Origin: Mobula birostris
Taxonomy: Eukaryota
Reading direction: 5' to 3'
Assembly: GCF_030028105.1 (NCBI RefSeq)
Contig: NC_092376.1
Coordinates: 26,892,009 to 26,956,008 of the forward strand
Length of the DNA stretch: 64,000 nt
Shown here: positions 1 through 12,685 of the stretch, one piece after another
Position numbering within the stretch: position 1 is the stretch's first letter
Layout: each line of letters begins with the position of its first letter
Made by a program: the position numbers and the translations under genes
Notes under the pieces: model-generated
Database searches by the model: none
The model's input: the letters and a program-made list of their open reading frames with translations, nothing else
What the model was told of the DNA's origin: nothing

Positions 1-1640
1 TCCCAAACCAGATGTGGTGGATGTTCTAGGAGATTTACAGTCTGAAGGCTAGATTTGTGGCATTCAAGACTAGCAATCCAGAATCCTACAAGCAGTCTAA
101 TTTTGACCTAGGGAAGCTTGTTGTGAGAGGAAAAAGGCAAAGCATAGCTAGGGACAGAATTGGATGCCTGACAGCTGTGGCAAGATTTGCAAGCCTTGAC
201 TTCCCAAAAGATAAAACCTAACATCATAAATGGCTGTGATGCTTCACTCAACGACGAGCTCAGTGTCTTTTATGCACACTTTGATATGGAGAATAACATC
301 ACACTTGTGCAAACTCCTACAACATCTGGATGCCCTATCAGAGACTGATGTCCAAACATCATTCAAGAGGGTAAACCCCCCCACAAGCCCTGCTGATGAA
401 CCACTGAAAACCTGTGCTGATCAACTGGGGGGAGTGCTCAAGGGCATCTTCAAGCTCTCACTACAGAAGGGCAGCAATCTCTTCCAGTGCTCAAGAGCAG
501 AGTGAGCTGCCTCAATGACTATACTCTCACCTATCAAAATTAAGTGATTCAATAGGTTGGTTACAGCTAGACTTAACTTCTGCCTGAGCAAGGACTGTAG
601 CCACCACAATGCTCCTACTACCCATAACAGGTCTACAGCAAATACAATTTCACTGGTTGTCCACTCTGCTTTGAAGCACCTAAACAATGGCAAGATTATT
701 GTCTATTGACTACAATTTGATATTCAATTCCATTATTGCCTTAGCACTAATAAGCATCTGGAATTCCGTACCTCCTGCAACTGGATCCTTAGCTTCCTTA
801 TTGGGAGACCATAGTTAGTGCAGATTAGTAATAGCATCTCCTCCGCGCTGACTATCAAAACAGGTGTACCTCAAGGTTGCATGCTTGTCCCACCACTCTA
901 CATTGCGTGGCTAGGCACAGCTCAAACGCCATTTATAAATTTGCCGATTACACCACTATTGTGGTAGAATGACAACTGAGATGGCGTACAGAAAGGAGGT
1001 AAAGTAGCTGGCTGAGCTGGCTGAGATGTTGCAACAACAACATCACACTCAGTGTCAAGGAACTGATTGTGGACTTCAAGGCGAAGTTGAAGGAACACAC
1101 ACTAGTCCTCACTGAGGAATCAGCAATTTAGCAACTGGGTAACAACACCTCAGAGGATCAGTCCTGAGCCCAAAACACTGATGCTATCATGAAAGCAGCA
1201 TATTAGTGGCACTACTTTGTCAAGATTTGGTATGTCACCAAAGATTTACAAATTTCTACAGATATACAGTGGAGAACATTCTGACAGGTCACATCACAAC
1301 CTGGTTTACAGCCTCCAGAGAGATGTGAACTTAGTCAGCTCTACCACAGGCTCACATTCACCATCATCACGAACACCTTTAAGAGGTAATACCAGAAGGC
1401 GGCAGCATCATCCAGGACACATCCTCCCTGCATCACTACCATCAGTGAGGAGGCAAAGGAGCCTGAAGACCCACACACATTCTAGAAACAGCTTTGTCCC
1501 TCTGCCATCAGAAATTAGAATAGTCCATAGCACTTCCATTTTATTTATTTTCCACCACTGTGTAATTTATAGTAACTTTACGACTTGGTACTGTATTGTA
1601 ATTATTTTACATATGTCATGATGGTAATTCCAATTCTTAT
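1..1640 (+). mobile_element. Degenerate Rex1/Babar-like non-LTR retrotransposon, 3' part (RT region and tail)
   Basis: RT motif remnants GGT GTA CCT CAA GGT TGC ATG CTT (GVPQGCML) at 863 and AAA TTT GCC GAT (KFAD) at 937; many stops and frameshifts; boundaries approximate. Confidence 0.65.
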
Positions 1641-1774
1641 TATTCAATAAGATGTACATATACACACAAACAATGCTGGAACAATGTTGAAAGCAATTAC
1701 CAGGTGCTTGAGTTCTCTTGCAAAATACTTTGAAAGATAGCTACATGTATACAAAACAGTTCTAAACTAATCAC

Positions 1775-1897
1775 CTGAAAACTAAGTAGAAAATCATCCT
1801 GATTAATTTGAGCTCTGTCTTTAAATCCTGCGAGTTCAAGGGCCAACTCCGAACCAATATTCTGACCCAAGAAGTCTAGGATATTTATTACAATTTC
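1775..1897 (-). CDS. Candidate internal coding exon of an unidentified leftward gene (EIVINILDFLGQNIGSELALELAGFKDRAQINQDDFLLSFQ)
   Basis: Minus strand: strong polypyrimidine acceptor tttactttttctttcttatccag, donor CAG|gtgatt, 123 nt = 41 open codons, phase 0-0, in non-repetitive sequence. Confidence 0.45.
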
Positions 1898-2999
1898 CTG
1901 GATAAGAAAGAAAAAGTAAATCTATAGCATTTTGAATGCGTTCTAAGATATTGTGTTCTAAATAGGTTAATGGCAATGAAATTGTATCTAAGTAAGCTGC
2001 ATTAAGATTCCCAGTTTGGAATTGAGAACGCTTTTTATCAATTGCATGAGTAAAGCATTAAAAGTATAAATGCCAAAAGCAAAATACTGCATGTGAAAAT
2101 CTGAAATAAAACGACAGATGCAGAATTTATTCAGCAGATAAGACAGCATCCATAGAAAGCAGTTCAGGTAATTACCCTTTTGTCAAAACTGCAAACGTTT
2201 ACAGATGAAAGGAATAGATGTAAAACCAAAGTCTGTGACTTGGTGAAAGGCAGGTAACTAAACGACAAAATAGGCACCGCAGGTAAACGTGGTTAAGGGC
2301 ACCAGTGAATAATTAGAGACACAATAAACAAAAATTACATTAAATTACACAACAGAAATGTACAATGTCAAAAATGTTATTTGGGTTATACTATATAGAT
2401 TATGTGAATATATTTCATGTTAGAAGTCAAAAACCATTTTCTTCAGACCCAATCACAAACTGTTCACTTGTCCCTGTCTCTTAACAATTGCTCAAAATTG
2501 AATCAGACTGTTTAAACTTGTCAGTGCTAAGATGTGCTTTGGAACACATTGTGCTACAGCCTAGACAACCTGTTTCCACTATAATTTAATCCAGCTCCGT
2601 TTCTGCTTCTTCACTTCTGTTACCTTTTGACCTCAATATTCCACACAAGACAAGCAAGCTTCTAAATCCTATGCGAATGTCCTCCAATTCTTGTCATTTT
2701 TATTGTCCCCAGGAGGTCTTCTACACCTCTAAATTTCACTTTTTCCTTAATGGCAGCACTCCTCTTCAATCAAGCTTAGATTATTGCTGTGATTTTCACC
2801 TTCAATAGGTGTCAATTTTAATTTGATAACACTCCCAGGAAATGCCTAGAATTTTGCTGCATTAAGGAGGGAGTACATAAAATGCTGATTTGTGTTTTTA
2901 AAAAAACATCAACTTACTTCAGGTCAACTTAAAAGTTAGATTGCATATTTGTTTCTTTATTGTGTACCAAAATGGATGGCAGGTCAGAAGATTGGACAG

Positions 3000-5632
3000 A
3001 AGGCAAAAATAAGAAAACATTGATAGTCAATGAAAGATTAGAATACAGGACATTGCTAGCTAAAAAATTTAAAACAGATATCTAAGTTTCTGTTGATATT
3101 AAAAGGATGAAAATAAGCTCCTGTCCTTTAAAAAGGAAATCTGGGCAATAGTGGAAAACGAAAAGCAAATGAACTAAGTTGTGTCGCATCAGTCTTTGCT
3201 CAATGAATACAAGCAGCATCCCGGATGGGATTAAAGTGGAACAAAGAACTGAAAAGTGACCAAACAACTGGTTCTAAGCAAATTGGTGGGCTAACAAGTC
3301 CTCAACCCTAATGAACTCATTCTAGGATCAGATACTAGTTAATGATAACCTTGCCAGTATCAGATAAAAATTCCATAACATTTATAATTCCAGTCCTCGT
3401 CAAAAAACTGAAACTATAAACACGAGGAAGTCTACAGATACTGGAATCCAAAGCAACACACATAAAATACTAGAGAAACTTCAACACTTCCCTTATGCAG
3501 GATGTTAACATCCGACACAAGAACTGTGTTGAAAATTATTAAAGACATTACAACAGGCCAAAAATATTAAGGAAAGGAAAATCAAATTGATTTATCAGTT
3601 TATTGGAACACAGGAATGATACAATAGTTGGACAAATTGGATCCTCAGTACAATCTTGTCTCAATAAACTGCACTCCCCACCCCCCCCCCCCACATCACT
3701 CAGCTCCATTGACAATTAAAGGTCAATTTGCCTTGAATGTATTCAATGAATCCATCTTCATAATCAAGAAAGGAATAACACAGGTCAGTGCTAGGGTCTC
3801 ACTTCTTACAATTTATCTAAATAACTTGGTTGAAAGTGCCAAAGATACAATTCCCAAATTTGCTGATGACAAAGATAGACACGTGTGGAAAAATGTGGAA
3901 ATAAAAAAGAGAAATTGCCCATGTAGTAAGGAAAATAAAGCAGCATTTTGCTAAACAGTGAAAGATTGCAAAACTAAATTGCAGAAGGATCCAGGGTGCC
4001 CTCTATCATTCACAAAAAGGCTCAAATGCAAGTAGTGCAAGGAATTTGATAAACTAACATCTGACACAAGAACAGACTTATTAGGGAATTGAACACGAAA
4101 GGAGGTGGTTTTGTTATACAGCAGCATAGTACTCCAGTTGTGGTTGTCAGTGCAACCACAACTGGAGTACTATGTTCAATACTGATTTTGTCTAGTAAAG
4201 GATGTTAACATATTGGCAATTCAGAGAATGCTTATTAGTCTAACACCAGGGATAAGCCAGCTGTTTTATGAGGGCAAGTTACTAGAGGCTAGAAGAGTGA
4301 AATGGGACTTAGTTGAAAAACAAGACCTCCAAATCTCAACAGGTTGGAGAATCTAGAAAAAGGCATCATTTATTTAAGGAAAGGCAAAATTTCTTTCCTT
4401 AAGTGGTTCCAAGTACTTGGTACTTTTATTCTCAAGGATGGTTGAAGCGGAGTCTGAATATATAAGGCAAAAGGAGATTCTTGATAGCCAAACATTCTAG
4501 GTGAGAATGCAGAGGGGAGATAACAAAATTAGACAGAACCTTAATGGATGGAAGAGAGGTTCAACGGGCCTACATTTTATCTCCCTGCTCTTTTGTATGA
4601 AGATGTTAAAAAGTGGGTTTCCACAATCAGACAAGACAACAACATTGAGACTGAATGAAAACCGGTCTCTAAAACATTGATGCCCACCCACCAGTTGGGA
4701 AACGTTGTCAGTCAAGATATACTGGTGTATCATTTTCAATTTTGGACAGCCCACTTACAGGAAAGATATCATTAAGCTGGAAAGAGTGCAGAAAAGATTT
4801 AAGATGATTTTATCAGGATGCAAGGGCCAACGTTACGAAGAGAAGTTGAGCAGGCTAGGACTTTATTCTTTGGAGCATAGGAAATGAACTGATCTTATAA
4901 AGGTATATAGACAGGGTGGATGCATATTTTTTTTTTTTTTTTTTTTTTTTACCAGGGTTGGCGAAATCCAGAAGATGCCATAAATTTAGGGTGAGAGATG
5001 TAATAGCAACACAAGAGGCAACTTGTTTCACATAGAAGGGGGTACATATATGGAACCACCATTCAGAAGATGAGACAAAGTTCAAAGTACAATAACATTT
5101 AAAAAGATGTTTAGACTGCTACATGGGTAAAGAGATATGGGTCAAATGCAAAAATGGCAGTAGACAGAGTTGGTGATAGTTGTGTTTCACAGGAACAGTT
5201 CTGGGACCCTTGCTCTTTGAATAAATGACTTCAGTAAGGGAGTGGAAGTGTAGGTAATTATGTTTCAGATGACACAAAGATTGGTGTTATAGATAGTGGT
5301 TCCTAACCTGGGGTCCACAGACCTCTCAGATAATAGCAGAGATCTATAGCATAAGGTTAGCTACCCCGGGAAGGAAAAAGTATGAAGTGATACGCCTTGG
5401 AAGATTGAACTTGAAGGCCGAGTACAAAGTTAATGGCAATATTCTTAGTACAGTAGTGTAAAAGAACAATTGGGTGTTGGATTTCATGTATGTATATCCC
5501 TTAAAGTTGCCAAACAAATTGAGATGGTGGTTAAAAAGGCATATGAAATGTCGGCCTTCGTTAGTCGGGAGATTGAGTTCAAGAGCTGCAAGGTACAGTT
5601 GCAGAACTATAAAACTCTGGTTAGAAAACACT
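3000..5632 (+). mobile_element. Several decayed CR1-type LINE fragments
   Basis: Remnant peptides IPKFADD (ORF 3628-3954), YRKDIIKLERVQKRF...LGLYSLE (ORF 4705-4887), YKTLVR (about 5610). Confidence 0.6.
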
Positions 5633-5639
5633 CAGTATC

Positions 5640-6510
5640 CATGAAACCACACACCCAGAGGCTGTTTTCATCATCACTGAAGACTTTAACCAAGCGTTGT
5701 TGACTAGAGCTTACCCGAAGTCCTGCCAACACATTTAGGTGAGAACACAGGGAGAAAGCATACTTGACCACTGCTACTCTCCCATCCGCAACATGTATTA
5801 AGCACATCTCCACCCTCCACTTGGGAAGTCTGACCACTCCCCCATCTTGCTCCTGCCCACCTACAAGCAGAAACGCAAACTGGAAACAGCCATGGTGAAA
5901 ACCATCCACTGCTGGTCCAACCAACCAGACTCAATGTTACAAGACTACTTTGACAGCGTCACTTGGAAGGTATTTCGAGCTGAGAGCCTCTCCGAATACA
6001 CGCAAGTGGTCACATGCTTCATTCGGAAGTGCATTGAAGACATTGCTCCCAAAAATCAGTCTGTGTTTACCAAACTAGAAACCTTGGTTAAATAGTTCAG
6101 TGTGTGTTGCTTTCAGTGCAAGGGATAAAGCCTTCACCTCTGCAAACCAACAGAAGCTCAAGAGATGCCACTATGATTTACATAGAGCTATCAAGGGGCA
6201 AAATAGCAGCACAGGGACAGAATCCAGTCAGAACTCTGTGACAATGACACACACAGCATGTGGCAAGGACTGCACACCATTGTGGATTCAAGCAGAAATG
6301 CAGCAGTACTGCCAACATTGCCGCTTCGCTCCCGGATCAGCAAATTATTATTTTTTTTTTTAAAATGCTTGATTCATAGTTGACAGGACTGATCACCACC
6401 ACCACCCCGCCCAAAGAGACCTACATCTTGGACATCTCAGAGGCTGAGGTACATAGAACATTCCAGTGCGTCATAGCCACAAGGCAACAGGGCCAGACTG
6501 CATCCCTGGG
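5640..6510 (+). mobile_element. Rex1/Babar-like LINE fragment (end of endonuclease and tether region)
   Basis: Peptides HLGKSDH...LLPTYKQK...LQDYFDSVTWKVF and ISEAEVHRTF; same family as 1-1640 and 37490-39190. Confidence 0.55.
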
Positions 6511-6514
6511 CAGA

Positions 6515-8335
6515 TTACAGTTAATTAGTCAGGTTAAACAACTGATTACTAAGTGGTCCCCATTGTCTCTACCTCTGATTGGCCCAGTTAATGCTATTAA
6601 ATTGATTATTTTACCTAAATTTTTATATCTATTTCAAGCGATACCAATTTTTATTCCCAAATCTTTTTTTGATAATATCGATTCTAAAATTTCTTATATA
6701 TGGCAGAACAAAAATCCCAGGTTAAGAAAAAAATATTTATACAAGTCCAAGAAAGATGGTGGTTTAGCATTGCCTAATCTAAGATTCTACTATTGGGCAA
6801 TTATTATTCAATATTTAATATTTTGGACACGATTGGAATATAATTCCAAGTCCACATTGGGTAAATCTTGAAGGTTACTCTGTACAAGGGTTCTCTCTGG
6901 CTTCCATTTTAGGAACTTCACTTCCTTTTGTATTATCCAAATTGAATAAACAAATGGTTAATCCAATAATTAAACATACATTATGAATATGGTTTCAATT
7001 TCATAAATTTTTTGGTTTGAACAAATTTATATTATCAAGCCCTATTATATCTAATTTTTTTTCAACCCTCGGTTATGGACCAAGCCTTTTTGATATGGAA
7101 AATGAAAGGTATAACATGTTTTCGTGACTTATTTCTGGATAACTGTTTCATGTCTTTTGAACAGTTATCTAATAAATTTAATTTGCCCAGATCCCAGTTT
7201 TTTTTTTTAGATATTTACAAATAAGAAACTTTTTAAATAACATGCTGCCTACCTTCCCGATCTCATACCCCACTGATATCATTGATAAAATGTTAGGTTT
7301 AAATCCCTTTCAGAAGGGATTAATAGCATCTATTTATGAAATAATTATGAAATTACAGCCAGGTATATCTGATAAAATTAAAAATGAATGGGAAAGGGAA
7401 CTTCAACTTTGCCTACCTATAGAGAAATGGGATAAAATTTTTCAATTAGTTAGTTCTTCCTCTATATGTGCCAAACACACACACAAATACAATTTAAAGT
7501 AGTGCATAGGGCCAATATGTCTAAAGATAAATTAGCCCATTTTTATTCCATATATACCCTATTTGTGACAGATGTCACTCTGAGGTGGCTTCCTTAAATC
7601 ATATGTTTTGGTCCTGTCCTCTTTTGGAAAAATTCTGGAAAGATATTTTTGATATTATCCCAACAGTTTTGCATTTTGATTTACAACCACATCCTGTTAC
7701 GACAATTTTTGGTTTGCAAATGACAGAACATAGATTTTTATCCTCTTCAGCCTGTCGGATGATCGCATTTGTTACTTTAATGGCCAGAAGATCCATTTTA
7801 TTGAACTGGAAGGAGACCAATCCTCCTACTACATTCTAATGGTTTTCCCAAACTATATCATGTTTAAATTTAGAAAAAAATCAGAAGTGACATTTTTGAC
7901 CCTTCGGTTAAACTTGAAGAGACTTGGAAACCATTTATTCAACATTTTCATATGATGTAATTTGACTTCTCCGAATCCTTCTTATTAACTTAAAATATAT
8001 GAATAGAGGAGCGGAGTTGATGACATTACTGAACATGTTCAACTTAAGATATTGGTCTAGCCTTGTTTTGTTCCATTTGCTTTTTTTTTGGGGTTTAGTA
8101 TTTAGTTTCTTTTTTTTTTTGTTTTTTTTGGGGGGTTTCTTTGTATTTTTTTTCTTTTTATTTCTTTTTTCTCTGTGATTAATTATATTAGGAGTTTGGA
8201 AGTCTATTATACCTGTATTATTTGAAATCATTTTTATACATGCTTATCAACAATAAGATTATTCCAATCCCTCTGTATCAATATTGTTATTGTTTATAAT
8301 TTTGGAAGATTAATAAAAAGATTTAAAAAGAGAGA
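6515..8335 (+). mobile_element. 5'-truncated L1-clade LINE (ORF2 C-terminal half and 3'UTR)
   Basis: L1 ORF2 motifs ILPKFLYLFQAIPIFIP, KKDGGLALPNLRFYYWA, CDRC...HMFWSCP zinc knuckle; T-rich 3'UTR, AATAAA at about 8312 and A-rich end. Confidence 0.85.
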
Positions 8336-9315
8336 TTGAAAAACTGCAGAGAAAATTTACAAGGATTTTGCCAAGACTTGAGGACCTGAGTTATAGGGAA
8401 AGGTTGAATATGTTGGGGCTTTATCGCCTAGAGTGTAGAAGATTGAGAGGAAATTTGGCGGGTATACAAAATCATGTGGGGTAAAGAAAGGATAAATGCA
8501 AGCAGGCTTTTTTCACTGAGGTTGAGTGAGACCAGACCTAGAAGCTATAGATTAAATCAAAATCAAATCAAGTTTAATTGTCATTCAGACCATACATGGA
8601 TACAGCTGAATGAGACAGCGCTCCTCTAGGGCCGAAGTGCAAAAAAATACAAAAACATACATTCAAAATAACGAGAAAGGAAAAAAAGAACATAGTCACA
8701 CAAGAAAACAAATTTTTAGACCAAATTCCTGAGCAACAAATCCCGCAAACTGATTGGAATAGAGGCTGAACTGCTAGGAACACCAATGCACCACTGGAGG
8801 GCAGCACTGATGGGAGAGGCCACCCCCAGATGAGCTTGGATACCACACTATAATGCAAGCTCAAGGACTGAGACCTAGTCCTAGCTATAACCAAGGCGAT
8901 ACTGTTGCCTCACCACCTGTCACACCACAAAACAAGGGCAGCAGACCTGCGGCAATTAATGTCCAACAGGGTTTTACGATCACAAAAATGTCCAAGACAG
9001 ACCCTCAAGGTTTCACTGCACGCCGCCTTCGAACCAACTCAAGTGCCTCCTGAGTAGCAGGTTAAGGGTGAAAGATGAAATGTTGAAGGGCAACCTCTTC
9101 ACACAGAGGTTGGTAAGAGTGTAGAATAAGATCCAATGCAAGTGGTGGGTTCAGGACTGGCTTCAATATTTAAGAGAAATTTGAATAGGTACATGGATTC
9201 GAGGGAAATGGAGGGCTATAGCCCAGGTGCAAGTCAATAGGACTAGGCAGTTAATGGTTTTGGCATGGAATAGGTGGGCAAAAGTGCCCTTTTATGTGCT
9301 GTAGTGTTCTATGAC
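8336..9315 (+). mobile_element. CR1 3' end, interrupted by a reverse-oriented non-autonomous element at about 8555-9055
   Basis: Typical CR1 C-terminal and 3'UTR sequence; ttaagggtgaaa resumes at 9062 after the insert. Confidence 0.6.
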
Positions 9316-9978
9316 TACCAAGTGGACAACTAGAGACTTTTCTCCAGGGCGGAAATGGCCAACGTAAAAGAGCGTAATTTTAAGGTAATTTGAGGAAAGT
9401 ATTGGGGGGGGAGGGGGTCAGAAATAGATTTTATTAAACAGTGTGGTAGATGTGTGAAACACTGCCAGGGCTCATGGTGGAGGCAAATACAGAGACATTT
9501 AAGAGATTCTTAGATAGGCACATGATGAAGGGCTAAGTGGGATGGAGTGTTAGTTTGTACTTTGAGTAGGTTCAAAGGTCAGCATAACTGTACTGCTCTA
9601 TATTTTGCATTCTATGTTCATATTGACATGGTTTACTCAAACTGCTAGAGTGGAATTTGAACTCTCATTTGTTAAATCACCAGTCAAGCAAAATAATAAC
9701 GCTATAGCACTTTTTGACCTTTACCAAGATACAGCATCCAAAAGGGATAATTTTTCAGTTGTAAACTAGTCATTTATTTGATTGAACAATCGTTAGATTT
9801 ATGGACATGCTAATTAATTGTTGCATATTACAGTCCTATGGTTGCTCATTTACACAAAAGGGACAATTGGAAATTCAGTTGACAGTTGGTTAACTGGGTT
9901 CACCTTTCATACAGCTTTATTTGGATGAGGAAATTTTCTAGTTGTTTGATCCAGGAGAAACAACCACAGGAGTACACA

Positions 9979-11060
9979 GTTGCTATAGGAACTACTGAGC
10001 TTTTAGGATTGTTTTACTTGCAAAATCTTGAAGACTTTTTAAACAAACTTTGGTTCAAATTCACATTACAGAAAGCTTGCTTTTTGAAAAGATGCTACCC
10101 AAGAACAATTACTTTTAAAGTTGCTAGCTACTTTACTATCCCGAGTACCACTTCTTTAAACAAAAAAAAACAGTTGACTTTAGCGTCTACCTGAGTATTC
10201 CCAGTTTATTTTTAACTTTTACCTTGAAGTTAGAGACTGACCAACTCCATCTCCGCGTAGGCAAGTCCGAAGACATGCTGGGAAAACAGGGCGAGTTTTC
10301 TCTTCACTCCTCCCCTCACCCTTGCGGTTAAAACCGCTCGGTACTTTCAGTGCCCTCAAGAAGTCCCCCTTCCCCCCCAGTTTCCCCAAACCTGACCCCC
10401 CCCCCCAGCTTGTTGCTGTCATGCAAAATAGGTTGCGTGGCTTTAAGACATCAAGAGGACTGGAGAGGGAGATCGGGGTGCGCAAATACACCCATGTACA
10501 AGATAAACTAAGAGCCAGTAACTTCACCAAGAGCCCCTCCAGTATTTTCACACCAGGTCGTCCCTGTCACAGCCACACTTTCTCTTCACAATACCTCACC
10601 CGTTTGAGCAGAACGGCATCAATGAGATACCAGAATCGCACCTGCAGCTCTTCATGGACCCCACCTGTGGACACTCCAGCTGAAGCCACCTGTTCTCTCT
10701 CTTTCTGCGGGCACCTGGTCATTCCAACTCCGCCTATGGCAGCCGACCTTCCACCAAGCGTGCGGAACAACCAATCAAAACACTCCGCTCTCCGCCGTTG
10801 CCCGGTGAGTTCTAACCAATCAACGCCCGGTAACGGGAAAAGTAATCTCCCCGGGACGATCAATAAAGGGCTATGTTTGTTAAAAGTTTTTTCCCTCTCT
10901 CTTTTGCTCCCGCACAATTGCAGAAAGCCGAGCTACCGATTTAATCAACAGAAACACAGCCGTTAGCCCCTCCCATACGACACCGGTTGCCCGGTTACGC
11001 CGCGTACTTGACAACCGAAACAATCCGGATGAAAGGTCACCTACAGCGTCCAGCTCGTTA
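9979..11060. promoter_or_regulatory. CpG-rich promoter with RFX X-box motifs and two CCAAT boxes
   Basis: Local CpG enrichment. GTTGCCCGGTTAC at 10986-10998 (reverse complement GTAACC-G-GGCAAC matches GTNRCC-N-RGYAAC exactly), GTTGCTATAGGAAC at 9979-9992, partial boxes at 10797-10809 and 10822-10834. CCAAT at 10771 and 10816. Minus-strand donors after 10600 (gg|gtgagg) and 10223. Confidence 0.7.
10223..10276 (-). CDS. Candidate first coding exon (MSSDLPTRRWSWSVSNFK) of the leftward gene
   Basis: Acceptor ctgttttcccag|c-ATG (ATG 10276-10274), donor AAG|gtaaaa, phase 0 compatible with exon 1775-1897. Could equally be a UTR exon. Confidence 0.3.
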
Positions 11061-11764
11061 TAAGTTTCTCAATTAACTGACATTATTAACAGGATAAAAT
11101 ACATCAAATCATGTATCATTTCCTGTCACCGTATTACAGATACTCCTGCACATAACGTCATTTTGTACATTCCATCTGTCTGTGTATATAAGCTAACCTT
11201 ATTATGTATATTCGGCCACACTCAGTTACTTATACATTGTATCGTATAGGATTGTCTTTATATTTATATTATTTTCGTTGTTCTCCCCTTTGTACTCATT
11301 GTGTTTTTTTATGTTGCATCGAATCCGTAGCAACGATAATTTCATTTTCCTTTACATATTAAGTTAGTTAATAAGTCAATAAATTCGGTGCAAAATATTA
11401 AGGGGAAATGTTTATCAATCAACGCGATCCGAAAACTTAACAGCGCCATATAATTCATAGGCAAGAAAAAAGAGTAAAATAAATCATATGCCAGTTCAAT
11501 TATTCAGATTAGTTTAACATACATTCATGCATCAACAGTGAGGAAGGTGCGATGCAATGAACAATTTGCGGCGGTGCATTTTCTTGAGAGCAAATCCGTT
11601 TTATCTCTGCCAGACTCTGAGATTTAGGCAACATGCGCACTTTCCGCCTTGTACTGTATTTTTTTCCTCTGCATGGGGTCGTTAACTGGGGAACTGGTAA
11701 AAGGGAGGCTCGCAAGATCAGGGGAGCGGCGAATTCAGAATTCATGTGGCTCTGCACTTAAGCC

Positions 11765-12190
11765 TGGAAACCTGAGAAATAAGGAACATTTGAATAGGTT
11801 AGGATTTTATTCTCTGGAGAGCGGGAAAATGGGAGCGTGTTCTTACAGAGGTAAACGAAATCATGAGGGGCATATTACAGGGTGAATACATAAAGGTTTT
11901 TCCCTTCAGGTTGGTTGGGATTAGAAGTACTGGTTTAGGGCGAAAAGGGAAATTTAAGGGGAACCTGACGGGGAACTTCTTTACTCAGATGGTGTGGAAG
12001 GAGTTTCCAGCAGAAGCCGTGGGTGCACATTTAATCGTAACATTCGGGAGAAATTTGGAGAGGTACAAGGATGAGCGAGTATGGAAGACTACGATCCAGG
12101 TGTAGGTAGACGGGAATAGGCAGAAAACCAAATCAACGTGGATTAGATGGGCTGAAGGGCCTGTGTCTTTGCTGTAGTACTTCTGTGACT
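11765..12190 (+). mobile_element. CR1 3' fragment
   Basis: LNRLGFYSLE and GNFFTQ motifs, CR1-type 3'UTR. Confidence 0.65.
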
Positions 12191-12292
12191 CATCGAAAAG
12201 CAAGGCTGTCACTATTGAGGGAATGTTGTCATGTTATCACAGAGTTATACCGCACAAGAACAGGGCTTGCAGCCTAACTTATCCATGCCAAC

Positions 12293-12525
12293 TGTTATGT
12301 TTTGTAATTGCAAAAACTAATCAATAGAAAAACACAGGGAGAATCAGGATAAACTTGCCTACTTCAGTCTTTACTTTTTAGTGAGGCATGCACTTATGAT
12401 ATGGTGGCAGAATCACATATGCCACGTACTTTTACATATAACCCATGTAAAGAACAAATAATGCTTAATTAAACAGTATATTTACAATATTACTCAAATA
12501 TTACTATAATATTAAATACACTACA
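12293..12525 (-). repeat. 3' LTR of the Mag-like element
   Basis: TG...CA termini, adjacent PPT, aligns by eye with 24432-24669. Confidence 0.8.
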
Positions 12526-12685
12526 CTTCTTCCTGCTTAGCTATAAACTCTAACTCAATATAGAATGTGTATCAACTATATACACTGTGTACTATATAAT
12601 ACAACTACTATCTAGACATCCACAGAAAAGTAAATTTTAAATTGTCCCATTCAGGCCTAAAGATTTAATTACTTGGAGGATTTCT

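Noticed and set aside
1-10200. TSGA10 coding exons expected from synteny
   Set aside because: No segment resembled the remembered TSGA10/CEP135 coiled-coil sequence, so the symbol was not assigned.
10805-10810. Plus-strand donor as LIPT1 exon 1
   Set aside because: LIPT1 has a nearer CpG-rich region and donor at 57480, so a 47-kb intron is unnecessary; not excluded as a minor isoform.
10322-10966. 214-aa ORF and antisense ORFs (10219-10551, 10567-10917) in the promoter
   Set aside because: Non-ATG starts, no recognisable motifs, typical of stop-poor GC-rich promoter DNA.
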